Source: Trichoplax adhaerens | Lineage: Eukaryota; Animalia; Placozoa | Reading direction: 5' to 3' | DNA: 64,000 nucleotides | NCBI RefSeq assembly: GCF_000150275.1 | Contig: NW_002060974.1 | Coordinates: 341,744 to 405,743 of the forward strand | Shown here: in pieces, positions 26,510 to 40,600 of the stretch | Numbering within the stretch: the stretch's first letter is position 1 | Layout of the letters: each line of letters opens with the position of its first letter | The notes under the pieces: generated by a model | Told to the model about the DNA's origin: nothing | The model's database searches: none | Seen by the model: only the letters and a program-made list of their open reading frames with translations | Position numbers and translations under genes: made by a program

Positions 26510-29500
26510 TAAGTTGGGGTAGAAGTATTGCAACGTATCGCACGGATACAATATTACGAAATCATAGCTGTCATCGGATCACTGGACAACATGAGTTATA
26601 TGACCCAAAAAAATTAAGTAGTATAGTGAATGTCCTTTCATTGTTCTAGTTCTATCTATTTAATAAGTTATATGTAGTAATGTCTTGTGCATAGTAGATA
26701 GATTAAAATCTTATTCTGAATAAAAAAATATTTGTAGTTAATCACTGTTATTAGTAAAGGGTTAGCTTTTAACGTTTTGATTCATAAATCATTTCTATGG
26801 AATCGCCACTGCCATATAGGAATGACCCACACTGAGTGGATTTAGATAGTTGGAGTTAACACCTTGAGAAAGATAAATCAATGCAGTTGTAAATAACAGC
26901 TATGAGCAGCTGTAAATCATATTGATAGTATTATGATAACGGTAATAAGTCTTTCAATTGAGTACATCTCAGGAAGTTGGTACTGTCTCCTGTTGTATAG
27001 CAAAACAATTGTCATGTGGATAGTGCTTGGAAGTAATATTGAAATGCTTTATTTACTATTAAAATTGTAAGATGGTGTTGTTGTATTCTGGTTGATGCAA
27101 TTACCTTGTTACCATTAATCCATCTTATACCATTTGAATGATAGCTTCTCGATGTGTTAACTTTAGTATTGCAAACACTTTATTTTCTCTTGTTACTGCT
27201 TAACTCTTAAAATTTAGCAATTATTACCAGCTATTTATAATCACAATGGTTGTTATTTAACGGATTTTAGTATTAATTTGCTTATTGTTTTGTAATGTAT
27301 GCGATTTCTCGCCAGTCAATAGATATATGATTTTCAATCTCATTCCTGCTAGAAAGTTGAATGAAAGCAGTGATGTTACTAAATAATATTATGCAGAAAT
27401 TTTGCATTCTGGCTGAGCTGCGCACCCAAATATTAATATCTTATATTGTACGTTGCCATAATATGTACTTAGTCTAATCTACGTACAATTTTAATTCATT
27501 TGGCAAGATAATAATATTATTGAAATTTTTACTTAACTGACGAGTACTGTACGCCTAGATATTTTAAAATACAGGTTTCGATTGTTATAGTATTTAGTGC
27601 ATTAAAGACTATTCTCGATCGATGTAAGGCTGATGGTAGTTTCAATATGGAGTGAATTAGTTTGTTCTTCAAGCATTTCTGTTTGAATTTTATAGTGAGC
27701 ATCACAGTATTATAGATTAGAGAGGATAGGACCTACGGTACCATTTTATTTGCACTTGCGGTATAGCATAAGGAAATTTTGTTGATACTTCAATTGAACG
27801 TCTTTCTTGGAGATAAGGACAAAAGTTGATAATGGATTTTCATGCAGTGGTAGTATATATGAAAAAATTATACGTGCTACAACTAGATATAGGTAAATTC
27901 TTCAGGGGAATAATTCGTAAGATTTCATCCGGCAGTGAGCACGGTGGACGGTATAGTAATACAGTAATCTTAGGACAGAAGATCCCGTTCTATTCCCAGG
28001 CCAAGCTGTATCCATTGCTATTTATTTTTATTTTTTAATCAATAAATCCATTTCCTTTAGTTTACTCACGATCATCATCAATTTACTGTACATGGCTTGA
28101 TCGATTCTTATCTCAACGCAAATATACTACTGTACTATGTTATCTTATATCGATAAATTCATTTCCTTCTGATAATTAATCGATTACCATCATTTCTAAC
28201 GACCGCCATTATAATTATCAGTTGTTGGGGGTATCCTTTTCAATCTAATTAACGTTTACAATCTGACAAAATAGAAGAAGGGGTAAGCACTATTAGAGTC
28301 TAATAAGACGAAATTTAATCTTTTCATTGTTGTTATAGGATGGAAAACGACTTTGTTATAGGGAACAGTTACACTAACAATAGAACAGCATATGTCGCAT
28401 GCAAAAAAATCAATCTGTTAGATAAGTAATCTTTGAACTCTGGTTTCTACATTCTTAACACATAGATGATATCACGGATATCCACTATGACAATCGGATT
28501 CGATATATTCCTGATGATGGCAATAAAATGATGCTACCATAGATTGTAATTGCCTCGTCAATATCATAATATTAGTACAGTTGTTTATTACATAACATCG
28601 AGGAAATAGATTATCCCATAATCTATTCATCAAAAAGTAATGCTTCGTCCAAGAAATGACGGCTTGTTGGTACAAGAGTAGTTAATGGCAGCTGGCGAAT
28701 TCTGTCACGTAATTTGGACAGTCAATATCCTGGTTTTTGAATATACTCCTACTTGATAATTCTAATTCCTAGCATAAATATAGCTTGGATTCATTGTATC
28801 ATGAATAATAAATTTTCTAGTAGTTGTTCTACCAACAAATAGAAGAAATTCATAGTTGGTACTGCTTATGTAATCAAGGGCCATTCAATCGACCTCACGT
28901 GATGCTGAATTTAGTTTACCGCAGAGTAAATAAAGCCCAGCGTAATTGCTTCGTCATCATACTATAGTGCTAAGGTAAAGATATGCTCGGATGAGAATAA
29001 CGTGAAAGTAGTCGATTTATTTATAGAAGAATTAATTTAACTATGAATAGCAGCAGCCTGGCGTTATAAAATCTATAAAAGAAGTAACAGCTCTTCAAGA
29101 CGAACAATCAATTCTTGATTCATCCATTCAATATTGTGATACTCAGATACGCAATAATTTCAATGAACGATGCATAGCGTTCGGTACGTTGTGCTATAAC
29201 TGTGCCACAACCAAGTAATTTCTAGATTACTTATATAGACAGAGATATGATAGTTATCTTCTCTTTTTAAAGATAATGACATCGTAGTGTTACCAAACTT
29301 AATTAATACAGCGTATAGAATAGCAAGTATAAATAGAATGTTCACAGAAGTTCAAGGTAGAATCATAATGTTGTTAATAATAAAAGTAGATACCTAGCCG
29401 GATTACAGGATCATTTTAAATGTACTGGTGAAGTATCATTGATTACATTTGAAATAGCATAACGAAAATTCTGAATTTTGAACGCATTTTAATTCCACTA

Positions 29501-29806
29501 ATGAATTATATGGCCGAAGATACGTAAGAGATTGATTATTTGACATATTGCTACAGTAAAGATTCTCTGAATACCTCATTCACTTACTTGATTTGTCCAT
29601 GAGACACTTCAATAGCCTAAAAATATCTAAGCAACTGGGTAGTATCGGCACAAAGAGAAATATTACTAATCATGCAGAACTCTTTATACTATAAGATTAA
29701 TGTCATTGTTTGACAGAAACAGATTCGTCTTTTATTGCGGCTGTAATTTATCAATTCTGTATAGATAGAATATGTATTAAAATGGTAATAGGATCTCTCG
29801 TTGATT

Positions 29807-32800
29807 CTAGTTAAAAGTGTTCAAGAGTTCGTCAGGCAGATCTAGGGCTTTATGGAGGAATGCAATCTCAAAAGCAGCCTGCAGTATAAAGCAAATTTAT
29901 TATGTTACCAACTGATACAATATTCAGTGAAGCAACGGAGCTATTAATAAATTCGTACGCTTTCATGAAGCAAAGCATCAATAAAGCTAATAAAGTTGAC
30001 TATTATAGAAGCAGTGTGTAAATATAGTCCAGAAAAATAATTGAATCTAGTCAATCAATTACGGAACATTAAATAGTATCTTTGTGTCCGCTAACCCCTA
30101 GGTTACCAATATCGTTCGTTTAACATAACTACAGCCGTTCCCAATTGGAATTGCATCTACGACTAGTATTACATAGATACTACTGTAGTTGGTAGAAGTT
30201 TCACAAATTCAGGCACATTAGGCATTACCTCTTTTAATCCTTCATCGCCAGCTGTACCATAATGACCGGATGACAGATTAGTTTTTAAGATGTGATAAAT
30301 TTTATTATTCGTTGTGGCACCTTCATGTTGTGATTGATAGTCTCGTTGAGCTGCTCTCAATTTTGCCATAAAGCGAACTGGAGACCAATAAGGTACTCGA
30401 TTGTCATTATAAGATGCAGTTAATAGCAAAGAAGGATAAAGCTAATAGTTGGCACAAAAAAATAAGACCAATACAAAAAAGTAACATGCATTCAGCAACA
30501 ACAATTGCATACGTGTATTTAAATAACAAAATTAAACTATGTAGCAGAAACCTACATTGCGCTGAATATTGGTGTAAGGGCAGTAAGAACAAATATAGTC
30601 AAATACATGGCTGGAATTTAAATCACCCCATTCTTCATACTCTTCGACAGTCAATGGCAAGGACTGATCAAGCATCGTTCCCAAGATATCTACATGTGGT
30701 ACCTAAAATGACAAGATCATAAATAGACGATAAACCTTGTATTTAATTTCCAGTATGGTACATACTACAGGCCAATGCAATCGGCTACTCTAAGCTTACC
30801 TTCATAATTGCTGCAGCTATTTTATTCGGGTGATTGTTACAAAGATGAGCAACAATCAAACCTCCGGCACTAGTACCTTTGCAAGATGTCAATGTTGGCT
30901 TAGTGTAGCCTTGATCTTGTACCTCATTAATGCAAGCTAAGAAGTCATAGAATGAATTCATTTTATTAAGTTGACGACCTTGATAATACCAATGCCTTCC
31001 AAATTCACCACCACCCCTGTAAAATTAAAATGAAACATGTAATTGCTGCATTTAATTTAATGGTAAAATATAGCAATTACAAAATAGAGTTATGCACATC
31101 TTCGGTTCAGTTTTTGGTAGTATTTATCAACTGTATCCTTGGTAATGTCGATTAATGCCTTACTGTACATATAAAGTTTAATCACCTGACATGACAGAAG
31201 GCAAGAACCCATCCAGCTTTCAACAAACACATATTTTGAACTGAAAACTGTCGGTTTAATTCCATTCCATAAGCACCATAAACTATGGCTAGCAAAGGAG
31301 TGCTGCTATTCAGAACGATATCTTTGCGATGACATAACGATATTGGTATTTTACATCCATCCTGTAAATGATTTTGTAGTAATTAACTTTGAAATTCACA
31401 CTTAAAATAATAATATCAAATAATAGACCTATATCATTTCACGTAGCATCGTAATATCTAGGTTAGTGTTACTTTGTCTAACCTTGCTAGTGGCATGTGA
31501 AATATAGAATGAGTATTGATCACTATCCAAGCCAATCGTTGATGGCGTCAAGTTGTTTAATGCCATAGTTCTCATATCCAACTCATAAAATGTATCAGCA
31601 ATTAGAGGGGACGAATATGAAAACCTTACAGTATCTGCGGAGAAAGTAAAGTTAGAAGCAGAGGCGATGGTACCAATAGGAAGTTTAAAGGTTTGGCATT
31701 GGAGTGGTGAATGTAGGTTAACTATTGTTATCTGCGGTTCTAAGTTTTCTCTTTGGTAGAGAACACAATAATCTGCAAAGATATCCATATCATCTAAGAG
31801 AGTGTCAGTACTATCACTAGCAGAGTCCTTATCCATAGCTTGCAGTTCTTTCCAATTATCACGACCAGGATTTTGATCAGGTGCCATCATAACCTGTCCA
31901 AAAAGTATTACAAGCTTTCATTATGTACACCACACTCGTATCAAGATTCTGTGCCAATACATGACTGAGAATTAGTATAGCGATAATTTGATTCTAAATA
32001 GTCTTGGTTGATACACATTCTATAACGTTATTAACTAGCATTTATTAGCGTAAAGCAGCTTGAATAGATTCAAAGTTTCATCATCCAAAACATACGATAA
32101 GCTGCTCAAGTGCTCATCCATTCCTGGCTGAAGAATAATAATTATATAATTTATGTCTAACGCAAAAGCTGTTTACTTAAAATGTAGCCGTGTGTAGATT
32201 AAATATTCAATATAATCAATTACTATCAAAATCTGTTCTGTAAAGTTGCAATTCATTGGGCAATGACACACTGTAACTGATTCTTAATAAGCCATTAAAA
32301 GCATGACATGGAAAATGGCGTCGGTATGCAAAAGATAGTCGCACGCATTTTCATTTACCTTATATTTTCCTGAAGATTTGTCATTAGTTAATATATAAAA
32401 ATGATTGTTGCTATGATCGACATAACATTCACAGTCAAGTTCCCTTTCTTTAATAAGAACCGGTTTAGATTTCAATTTTTCTGTATCTAAAGCCCAAACC
32501 TGTTAGGGTAACAAATACATAGAAACTAGTCACGAAATGCTGATAATTAAAGCAGAAAAATTGAATACGTACGTACCTCAGATGATGATTTTGAATTCAA
32601 GTTAATAGTAAGAAAGCGATGATTCTTTGTACATACAATATGTAGGAAATACTTTTCGTCATCTTCTTGGAAGAGTAGTCGATCCGTTAGTCTAGAATCG
32701 AACGCTCTTAACCATACTTGGTAGGGTCGACGTCTATAATTTTGTTTAGTATAGATAATACTATCTTCATTCGATGCAAATTCAACAGCGAACGCATCCC

Positions 32801-33892
32801 TGATTACGTCTATCACATTCGGTTGATTTCCACTTAGATCTATTATATGTGCTTCATAATTTTCTTTTCCGTTAGTGTCAAAAGTGTAAGCAACTAGCTA
32901 GGTAAAATATTAGAAATAAGAAAGCAATTGCATTCTCATTAATATATACTACATGCGATTCATACAATCCATCAGTTCATTAACACGCAAATCTTAAACA
33001 CCTCTAGGAGCAACTACGAGGTACAGTACAAGAAAAACTAAACAGCAGCTAATGACTTTACCATAATATTTTTACGCTATAAAACTGATGATATGTGCAA
33101 CACATACCCGGTGAGATGGAGAAACTTTCAGCTGACCGACACAACAATGTTGATGTCTTTTCGACAAATCATTTAGATCTAAAATGACTTCTTCATTATT
33201 ATCGACAAGATTGCTATCCAGCTTACGGCGACAATAAATAGGTAAAGATGCAGCGCTCTCTTCTTTCATATAATACTCATATTTTTCCAATATCTTTATA
33301 AAAGAAATATACGATAATCTTTAACATATAATATGTAATGATAAGTCGATGAACTTAGTTATCTGCATTCTAATTATAGGCATACTGGAGATATTGTAAT
33401 AAAATCGAATTGATTAGGACAATCATGGCAGAGGCTGACGGAAGCGTTTTCGCATTTATTATACTATTTGCAACCATTTGTTTTTAAATAGCTTACAAAT
33501 ACTGTAGGTACGAAGATTACCTCAGGAGGAACAGTTAGCTGAGCTTCTATGTCACTCATTGTTCGTACTAGCTTAGATTGGATTGATTTTGTATTTGTCA
33601 TGACCTTCTTAGCATATGAATTTTCTTGCTGAAGATATTTCATGACTGCTGCATTACCTTGATCTTTCAACCAGTGATAGGGATCTGAAATTGTTTTGCC
33701 ATGCACACTAATAGTCCAAGGTTTGATAGCTGCTTTCGGAGTTGAAATATAATCTTTACGGTTGAAAGGCCAATTAAATTTTAATCTTCTTGACAGTAAT
33801 TGGTACGGCAATGAGAACTTGTTGTGTATATTGCCTATCCATTCGCTTGATATAAGCTTGGACATAGATCCTTTCAATATGACCGTCGCCAT
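29807..33892 (-). CDS. PREPL: Prolyl endopeptidase-like / oligopeptidase B-like S9A serine peptidase, 10 exons, about 751 aa
   Basis: 'VHGKTISDPYHWLKD', 'VYGAYG', 'HVRGGGEFGRHW', nucleophile 'GTSAGG', 'LPLTVEEYEEWG', 'NDNRVP', 'GHYG'. Exons: 33892-33521, 33293-33108, 32897-32577, 32499-32359, 31893-31483, 31361-31186, 31016-30800, 30702-30556, 30441-30229, 29878-29807. Sum 2256 nt, in frame. Confidence 0.88.
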
Positions 33893-35969
33893 TCCAGGTA
33901 AGACTAGCTGGTTATCACTCCAAAACGATATGCAGTATATCCATAAATACAGTGCCGTGATTAAAATTAGAAATCATGCTATCGTTTAAAAGTCCACCGT
34001 GTACCATACATGAACACCATTGACATAATAGCCATTTATTAGAGGTTAGCGTTAAATATCGTTGCAGCTCCAACAGCTCGTTGTTGCAAAGCTTCCACCT
34101 ATCAATACAGTAATAAGTTAGTAGTCGCCGATATTAAAAATGGTCAGGGGATTGTAGATTATTGATGTAAGCGATAGCAGCTACTCTTCACCCACTGCTC
34201 TATTAAAAATGCTTTCTTCTAGCTTCGATCGATTATACTATCATCAATGCAATCATTGAGCAGTCTTAAAGTAGCAAGATGCTGGCTTGCAGTTTTCTGG
34301 CATTGCAGATACTGCTGGAATAAGATCGATTGGTTTCTGGCAGGTCCTTTTGCGCTTCGTGTCCAAGAGTCCATCCGTACTGCGTGCTATGCACAGTACC
34401 TGCGCAGTTGCACTCCCTTCTTGTAACACATATCGACATAGGCAATACAGTAGCCTATCCACTTTAGCTTATTTCATACACATACCCAATATAGTATGAA
34501 ATCTCATACTAATCACTATTTTGTGACTCAAACGGTACTTTTAGCCTATATACTGCATTCTAAAGCAACAGGTGTGCAAGTGTAACAGGTTGTGCACTGT
34601 GCAGGAAATGTTGCTGATAGTTCAAACTTAATTGACTATGGCCTTCGAATGAAGACTCTCCTAGCCTTGTAGATTTAATACTTTATACTATTATTGGCAA
34701 GTATGGATGTAATTGAAGTTACGGATGCCCATTTAGTGTCCTATAATAATAGTAATTAATATTTGCTAATTTCACCTATTGTACATTGAGTGTACAAATA
34801 TAGATCTATTTTAGAGCTGGACTATATTTCCATGGTAACAACATTTCCTGTACATCATTCCACTATAGTTGCCATTTAGACCTCGAAATGTTAATTACTG
34901 TTAAAGTCAAGTTATGCATGCACATTAGTTACTTAATGCTGTGATTACTATATGCCTTATTAGCCATTAAACAACACTATCATTATAATTATAATGTAAG
35001 CTCAAACAAGATATTGCGAAACTAATTACACCTACAAGCTTTATTACAAATGGCACTAATAAAATCTTAAATCTTAGTACCACCTAGTGCAAAGTAATAT
35101 GAACAAACTTTAGTGCTTTCATTCAACCGATTAAACCCGTTTAGTAACAATCATTATGTGTACGTACATTTATTATAATCGCAAAAACGGATGAGATTAT
35201 GACTGGGCTTACATTTCATATCGTCAAAGGGTATATCTGCACGATCGTTCCACAGATTTGAAATTGAAATAAATTCACTCTAAAATAGACTCAATGTTTA
35301 GAAACATTAAAGTCTAAAAATAGCATGCTGATAGTTAATTTGGAAGTAGCTCGCAACTTCGGTTGCATGTATAATGTACACTATATATTAAATACTATTA
35401 TATCGTGGAGGAATAAAAGTAACCAATTTTTTCTATGCATACACGGTAAATTATAGGTATAGGGGCAAGTGGTCCAACAGCTATAACTTGGTTGAGGAGG
35501 TAAATATTAATAAGCCTTTAGCCTGTATAGTTATGGACATCGTCTAATAAATGTTGATTACAATTCAAATAGTTAACGAACAAAGATTTATAAACAGAAT
35601 ATATATCATATACATTACAAATCGTATTCATTGACATAGTAATTTCGTTCAATTTTATTTTCTCATAAACAGCCAAAAATTAAAGAGGCAGTATCATCTA
35701 GAACTTTAGTTCATCATATTAAGCACTTAGTAAATGCAAGTTTATATTCTCATCAGTATGAAAATAAATCAGTACGAAAATGATTGGATAAATAACAGAC
35801 TTGCGTAGTCCACCTTCGCAATATTATTAAATATTGATTATAGATATTATTTACGAAATAATTTAGAGTCTGAGCTGCCTTGGAAATCATTAGTATTCAA
35901 TAAGGAATAGCGTAGTAGACGATAATATTGTGAGGATTTCAACTTGAAATATGCTTTCGGTGATGCAGT

Positions 35970-37669
35970 TTAAACTTCGTTTTCTTCAAAAAACTCAGCA
36001 TCTATACCTAATTTGGTATGGCAATCATAAAACTATTTTCAGAAATAGTTTATCAGATAGAAATCTATCTTTTGTCTTATAGTATGCAATTTTAACAAAG
36101 CCTGATTGAGATGTATCATATGCTCATACCGTGAGTATCACCTAAAATAACAGGATTGACATCGTCAATAGAGTGCCCTCTCGGAAAATTATCTGGCCTA
36201 GAAGTAGTAAGAGAGCCAATAGTGATTGGAAGCCGCATTATCAAATTCTTCGCTTTTGGAACAAGCACAGTAACCTATATTGAACGAAATTAAGAACAGT
36301 TTCAGTTTAAAACATCAACTATGACAGCACAAGTACCGTATATCCCATATTTCTCCAAAATTGAAAATAATTAAAATAAATCAGAACCTGAACACTGTAC
36401 TCCGCTTTAATAATGCGTCTGTAACTGATTGCTGGTGGTATATGCGGAATGTCGAACGATTCATCATTTAAGTTAAAAGTCTTTCCTCGATCGACTGGCT
36501 GATCAGATTCAAGTGCCACAATAGTATCGTAATATTTATAAAAATTGCCTATATGCATTGCCAAGTTTATAAAATGAATTAGTAAAATCCTTCAAAAACT
36601 ATTACTTACAGTTTATCAACCCATTGAGATCGAGACTACCTTCTACACTAGCTAAAACTCGACGAACTAGTGCCACTTGAATCCCTTTTAGAACTACATT
36701 ACTTGAATTCTCACACTCAATATTTAATAACATTGTTTCGCCAGGAAGGTAACCAGAACGATCTGCTTTTATACTTAGTTTAACGGTTCCAAATTGGCAT
36801 AAAAAACGATTTAAAGGCTGTTCGAGGCGCAATTGTGATGGCTGTTCCTATATTAGGATAAAATAAGACAATCACCCTTGTTAAATACTATCTATCTCAA
36901 AATTGTCAAAAATTTCTAGCTTTTTATAATTTAAACTGTCAATATACTGTGAAATAATTTGGCTTCAGCCAGTCCCTATTCTCGTGAAATAGTTTACTGT
37001 TTTAACTCAGTTATTCCTAGTGCACCATAAATCATAAAGAGGGGATTATACTTACTCGTAATAAGGGGCGAGGTACATCCACTGTTTGAATATATGTAAA
37101 TCCTGTTTCACAAGTGTAATTCTTAGATGGAGGCCTCTCAAATTGAGCAACAATTCCATAAAATATGATACAGTAAGGTCTACTATCAAACGATGACGGC
37201 ATGTCATCATCGGTATTTAATTGATTTGTAAACTTAAATTCATGATAGCCAGCAGGCAATGAATGTCTGCTATCAAACACTTGATCAGATGCTATAATAT
37301 ATAGAGGGATAAGAATCAACGCAGATACACAGTTAGAAAGTTTCCATCAAAATTATTACTAGGGTTTATCTGTTATAGATAGTAAGTGCATAATTCATGG
37401 TATCCATACAGATTCGGCATGTTTTTAACAATAATTTCCTTACCATCACCCCAAATAGTTTGCTTTTCATCAAGGAAGTAGTGATCGACATTACAACCAT
37501 GTTTACTTCTAGAAGCAGCCGAAGCCCGTCCACGAAGGCGAATACTCAAACCCAATGCTGGCATTGCAACTTGTATTTGGATTTTGATGGTGCCATTTAT
37601 AATATCGCCTTTATAATAATTAGCTTTAGGATTTTCTAGCTGGATTTCGAAAAGAGTCAATTTTCCCAT
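35970..37669 (-). CDS. Alpha-arrestin (arrestin domain-containing, ARRDC/TXNIP-like), 6 exons, about 335 aa
   Basis: 'YYKGDIINGTI', 'LPAGYHEFKF', 'MPSSF', 'GYLPGE', 'IENSS'-like 'CENSS', 'RLPITIGS'. Exons: 37669-37444, 37291-37056, 36847-36640 (alternative in-frame donor at 36610), 36548-36388, 36274-36130, 36001-35970. Confidence 0.88.
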
Positions 37670-40600
37670 GTTAATTACTTCTATCTTCTAAGCTGGAACC
37701 AATAGGGTAAAAAGAAAGGATTGATTAGAGCTTTAAACTTTTGAAATCTCAGTTTAGGAAACACGTTCTAGTTCAATGGAAATACGAATAGTTTTTCAAA
37801 TGGAGAGTACAGCAGCAGTTAGTAAAATTAAAGATAGCATTAGTAAATAATTTCATCTCGTAACTTGTCGTTGTCTTAATCTGATGTTAGAAAAGCAGAT
37901 TTAAAAAATACAAATGGCTAATTAAAATTTATTATCTTACTATAGTGTTAATATTAGTACGGCAATAATTTTAGCTTAAGCCAATTATATTCGATCTGAT
38001 TGTGGTTTGTCACGCCTAATTAGTATATTGTATAATGTCTATTTACCCATTCTGTAAACATAGCGAAAGTCTTGTTAAAGCATACGTTACATGTGTTGAG
38101 TAATGCACTTGGTTATGTATTCTCCTTCTTTTTGTAGCATGAGCACCAGAAAAACGTACACTGATGCCCAGAAGTATCTAATCAATGGATGCTGAAACAA
38201 CATAAGCAGTATATTTACCAAGAAATATCCCCAAAAAACTTTACCAGGAACTGTAAAAGACAAGGGTTCATTTTAAGTAATGAGTAAAACAAAAATCGGT
38301 CACAAGGTGTATACTGATAGCTTCTGCTAGACATGAAGTGAATATTATTTGGCAATCCTTTAACCTGAAGTGTCTTATTTGCTTAGTATGGTATCAAATC
38401 GCTTTAAAAATTTATGGTACATGTGTATATATACAGCTCATTATAGCTAAGTAAATGCACATAGAAATCAAACTAGCTTGAATTTTATACTACGAGCTAC
38501 CCTAGCATATCATTTAAAAGCTATTTTAAATGTATTACTTAATACAGTACATTAAATTTGCTTAATTCGATGAACTGTATTTAGCAGCTTTCGGAAGACG
38601 ATATAAGCTTAAAAAGTGGATATCTATTGTAGTCGATTCGAATGTATAAGATAATTGCCATATTAGATTGACGACGCTATAATTTATTTCAATTGCAGCT
38701 TCATCATCACCAGCTGAATCATTACTGATCACAAAGCAAGGCAGAAAATCTAAAAACTAACCTGCTCTAATAACTGTATATGCTTATTCCAGCGTTATAT
38801 CTTATGATAGTGTTATAAGAAGATTACCTAATCAGCTTGCTGTTAAAGTTTTAATCGTGCAATATGAAATTATACAAATCTTGACTGGCATATCCTATAT
38901 TAATTAATAATGAATTAGTTTAGATAATTTGAGACGTTGGATCCATCATGATGTCATTGCTACTTTTTTCTCTAATTGCTCACCAGTACAAAAACATAAT
39001 GAATTTAAGGATACGTAGGAATAGGGTGTATATCATCATCTATTTGTTATGCTTATCTTCTAAGCTTAGAATATTTTATATCATATTCAGCTCAAGACAG
39101 ATCTTTCTGCTATCTTCTAATTCAGTAAAAGTGATTTAAGTTTTTCGATTTCTCGTTAGCTGTCAACGATTTGATCGTGACATAATTGTTGAATCATCAG
39201 ACAATATGTTAATAAAAGAACTGAATTAAATTCAAAATTGCTCCTCCCTAGGTTCTTCCTGAAAGGTCTTCAGGTTCTTTTATATGAAACATTACTTTAC
39301 ATTGTAATATCATAAAAGCTACTTTAGGACTAGTGTTACAGTCATCAACTAATCTATGTGCCAGAATAGATATAATAAATAATTCATTAATAATTGATGT
39401 GAGCATGTTAAAATGTCAATCGGTTTTTATAAATTGATGCTCATGTATGAACAATCAAACTGGATTATTAATTCTCTTGTTCGTTGCTATTTTACGTCTG
39501 CTTTAATGCGAGTTCTCGTAGACCTCTAGTAGAGCTAACATCTTGATAGCGCAGTAACATTTAGTAATCTTAAAATGAAATCATCGAAACTGAGTAGAAT
39601 TCAATTAAGTTGTGGTAATATAAACTTTCATATGAGGCAAAAGAAATAGTCGTTAAATAGATAAATCTGCTATATTTCTTCAAATTTAATTGCTGCTACT
39701 ATTTTTGAATTGATGTTGTAGAGACGCGCATATCAGTGTCAAAATGTTAATAAAAAGAAAACAAGACTCGTAAATTAGCGAAGTAACAGCCATTATTTTG
39801 TTTAAATCAGTAATATGTCAGTACAGCGTAGTATATAAGCTTTGCAGGCACATTTGATATACTTTGTATATGCAAACTTAATTTTTTTATCATTATAGGT
39901 ACACTATGATAGTAAATTAATTAATGATCGTAGTTCAAGGGTTCAAAATCTCCTTAAATTACAAAAAGAAGTTACTAACACATGTACTTCGAAAGAGTCG
40001 AAATCATCATATCCCTATAAGCTGTAAGGTTATATCTTGACAGCAAGACATTTTATACGTCAAGACCTTGACACATTAACAATGTGTTTTTAAAAAAATG
40101 TGAGGCAATAACGATCAATGCGTTAGCGTCGATATCTAAAAGCTTCGCTAAATGGCAACAGCTGCATATAATGTCTTTAGAAAAGAGTTATCCTCAACTG
40201 TTTCATACAACAACTAATCTCAAAACCTAAAATCCACTCGATAATTTTTTCTGGCTACAGTAACTCTACAGTTAGTTGATATTACATACTTATAATTGAT
40301 GAAGTAAATGATTTACTGGACTGTTTTTTATCATCCTTCTAAAATTCTTATTTTAGTTAGGGTTTATACTTTATCAATCGTTCGATATAACTATGCTGTG
40401 CATAAATCGAGCCATAGATACATTCCAAAAATATTGTCAAGAATGCGTGAAAACTTCCAATATTAATTGTCAACATACGTATAATTCAAGAGCAAAAGAT
40501 GTTTTACCTGGTGTCAGGAGGGTGGTTTCTATTAAATTTTATGCCAAATACGATTTTCGTTTTAAGAAAATAAAACTGTTTTCAAGCATTTCTTAGCTTT

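Noticed and set aside
34253-34499. Possible head-to-head partner of PREPL (CAMKMT in vertebrates) or an RNA gene
   Set aside because: No methyltransferase motifs and no tRNA cloverleaf seen; more likely promoter sequence.
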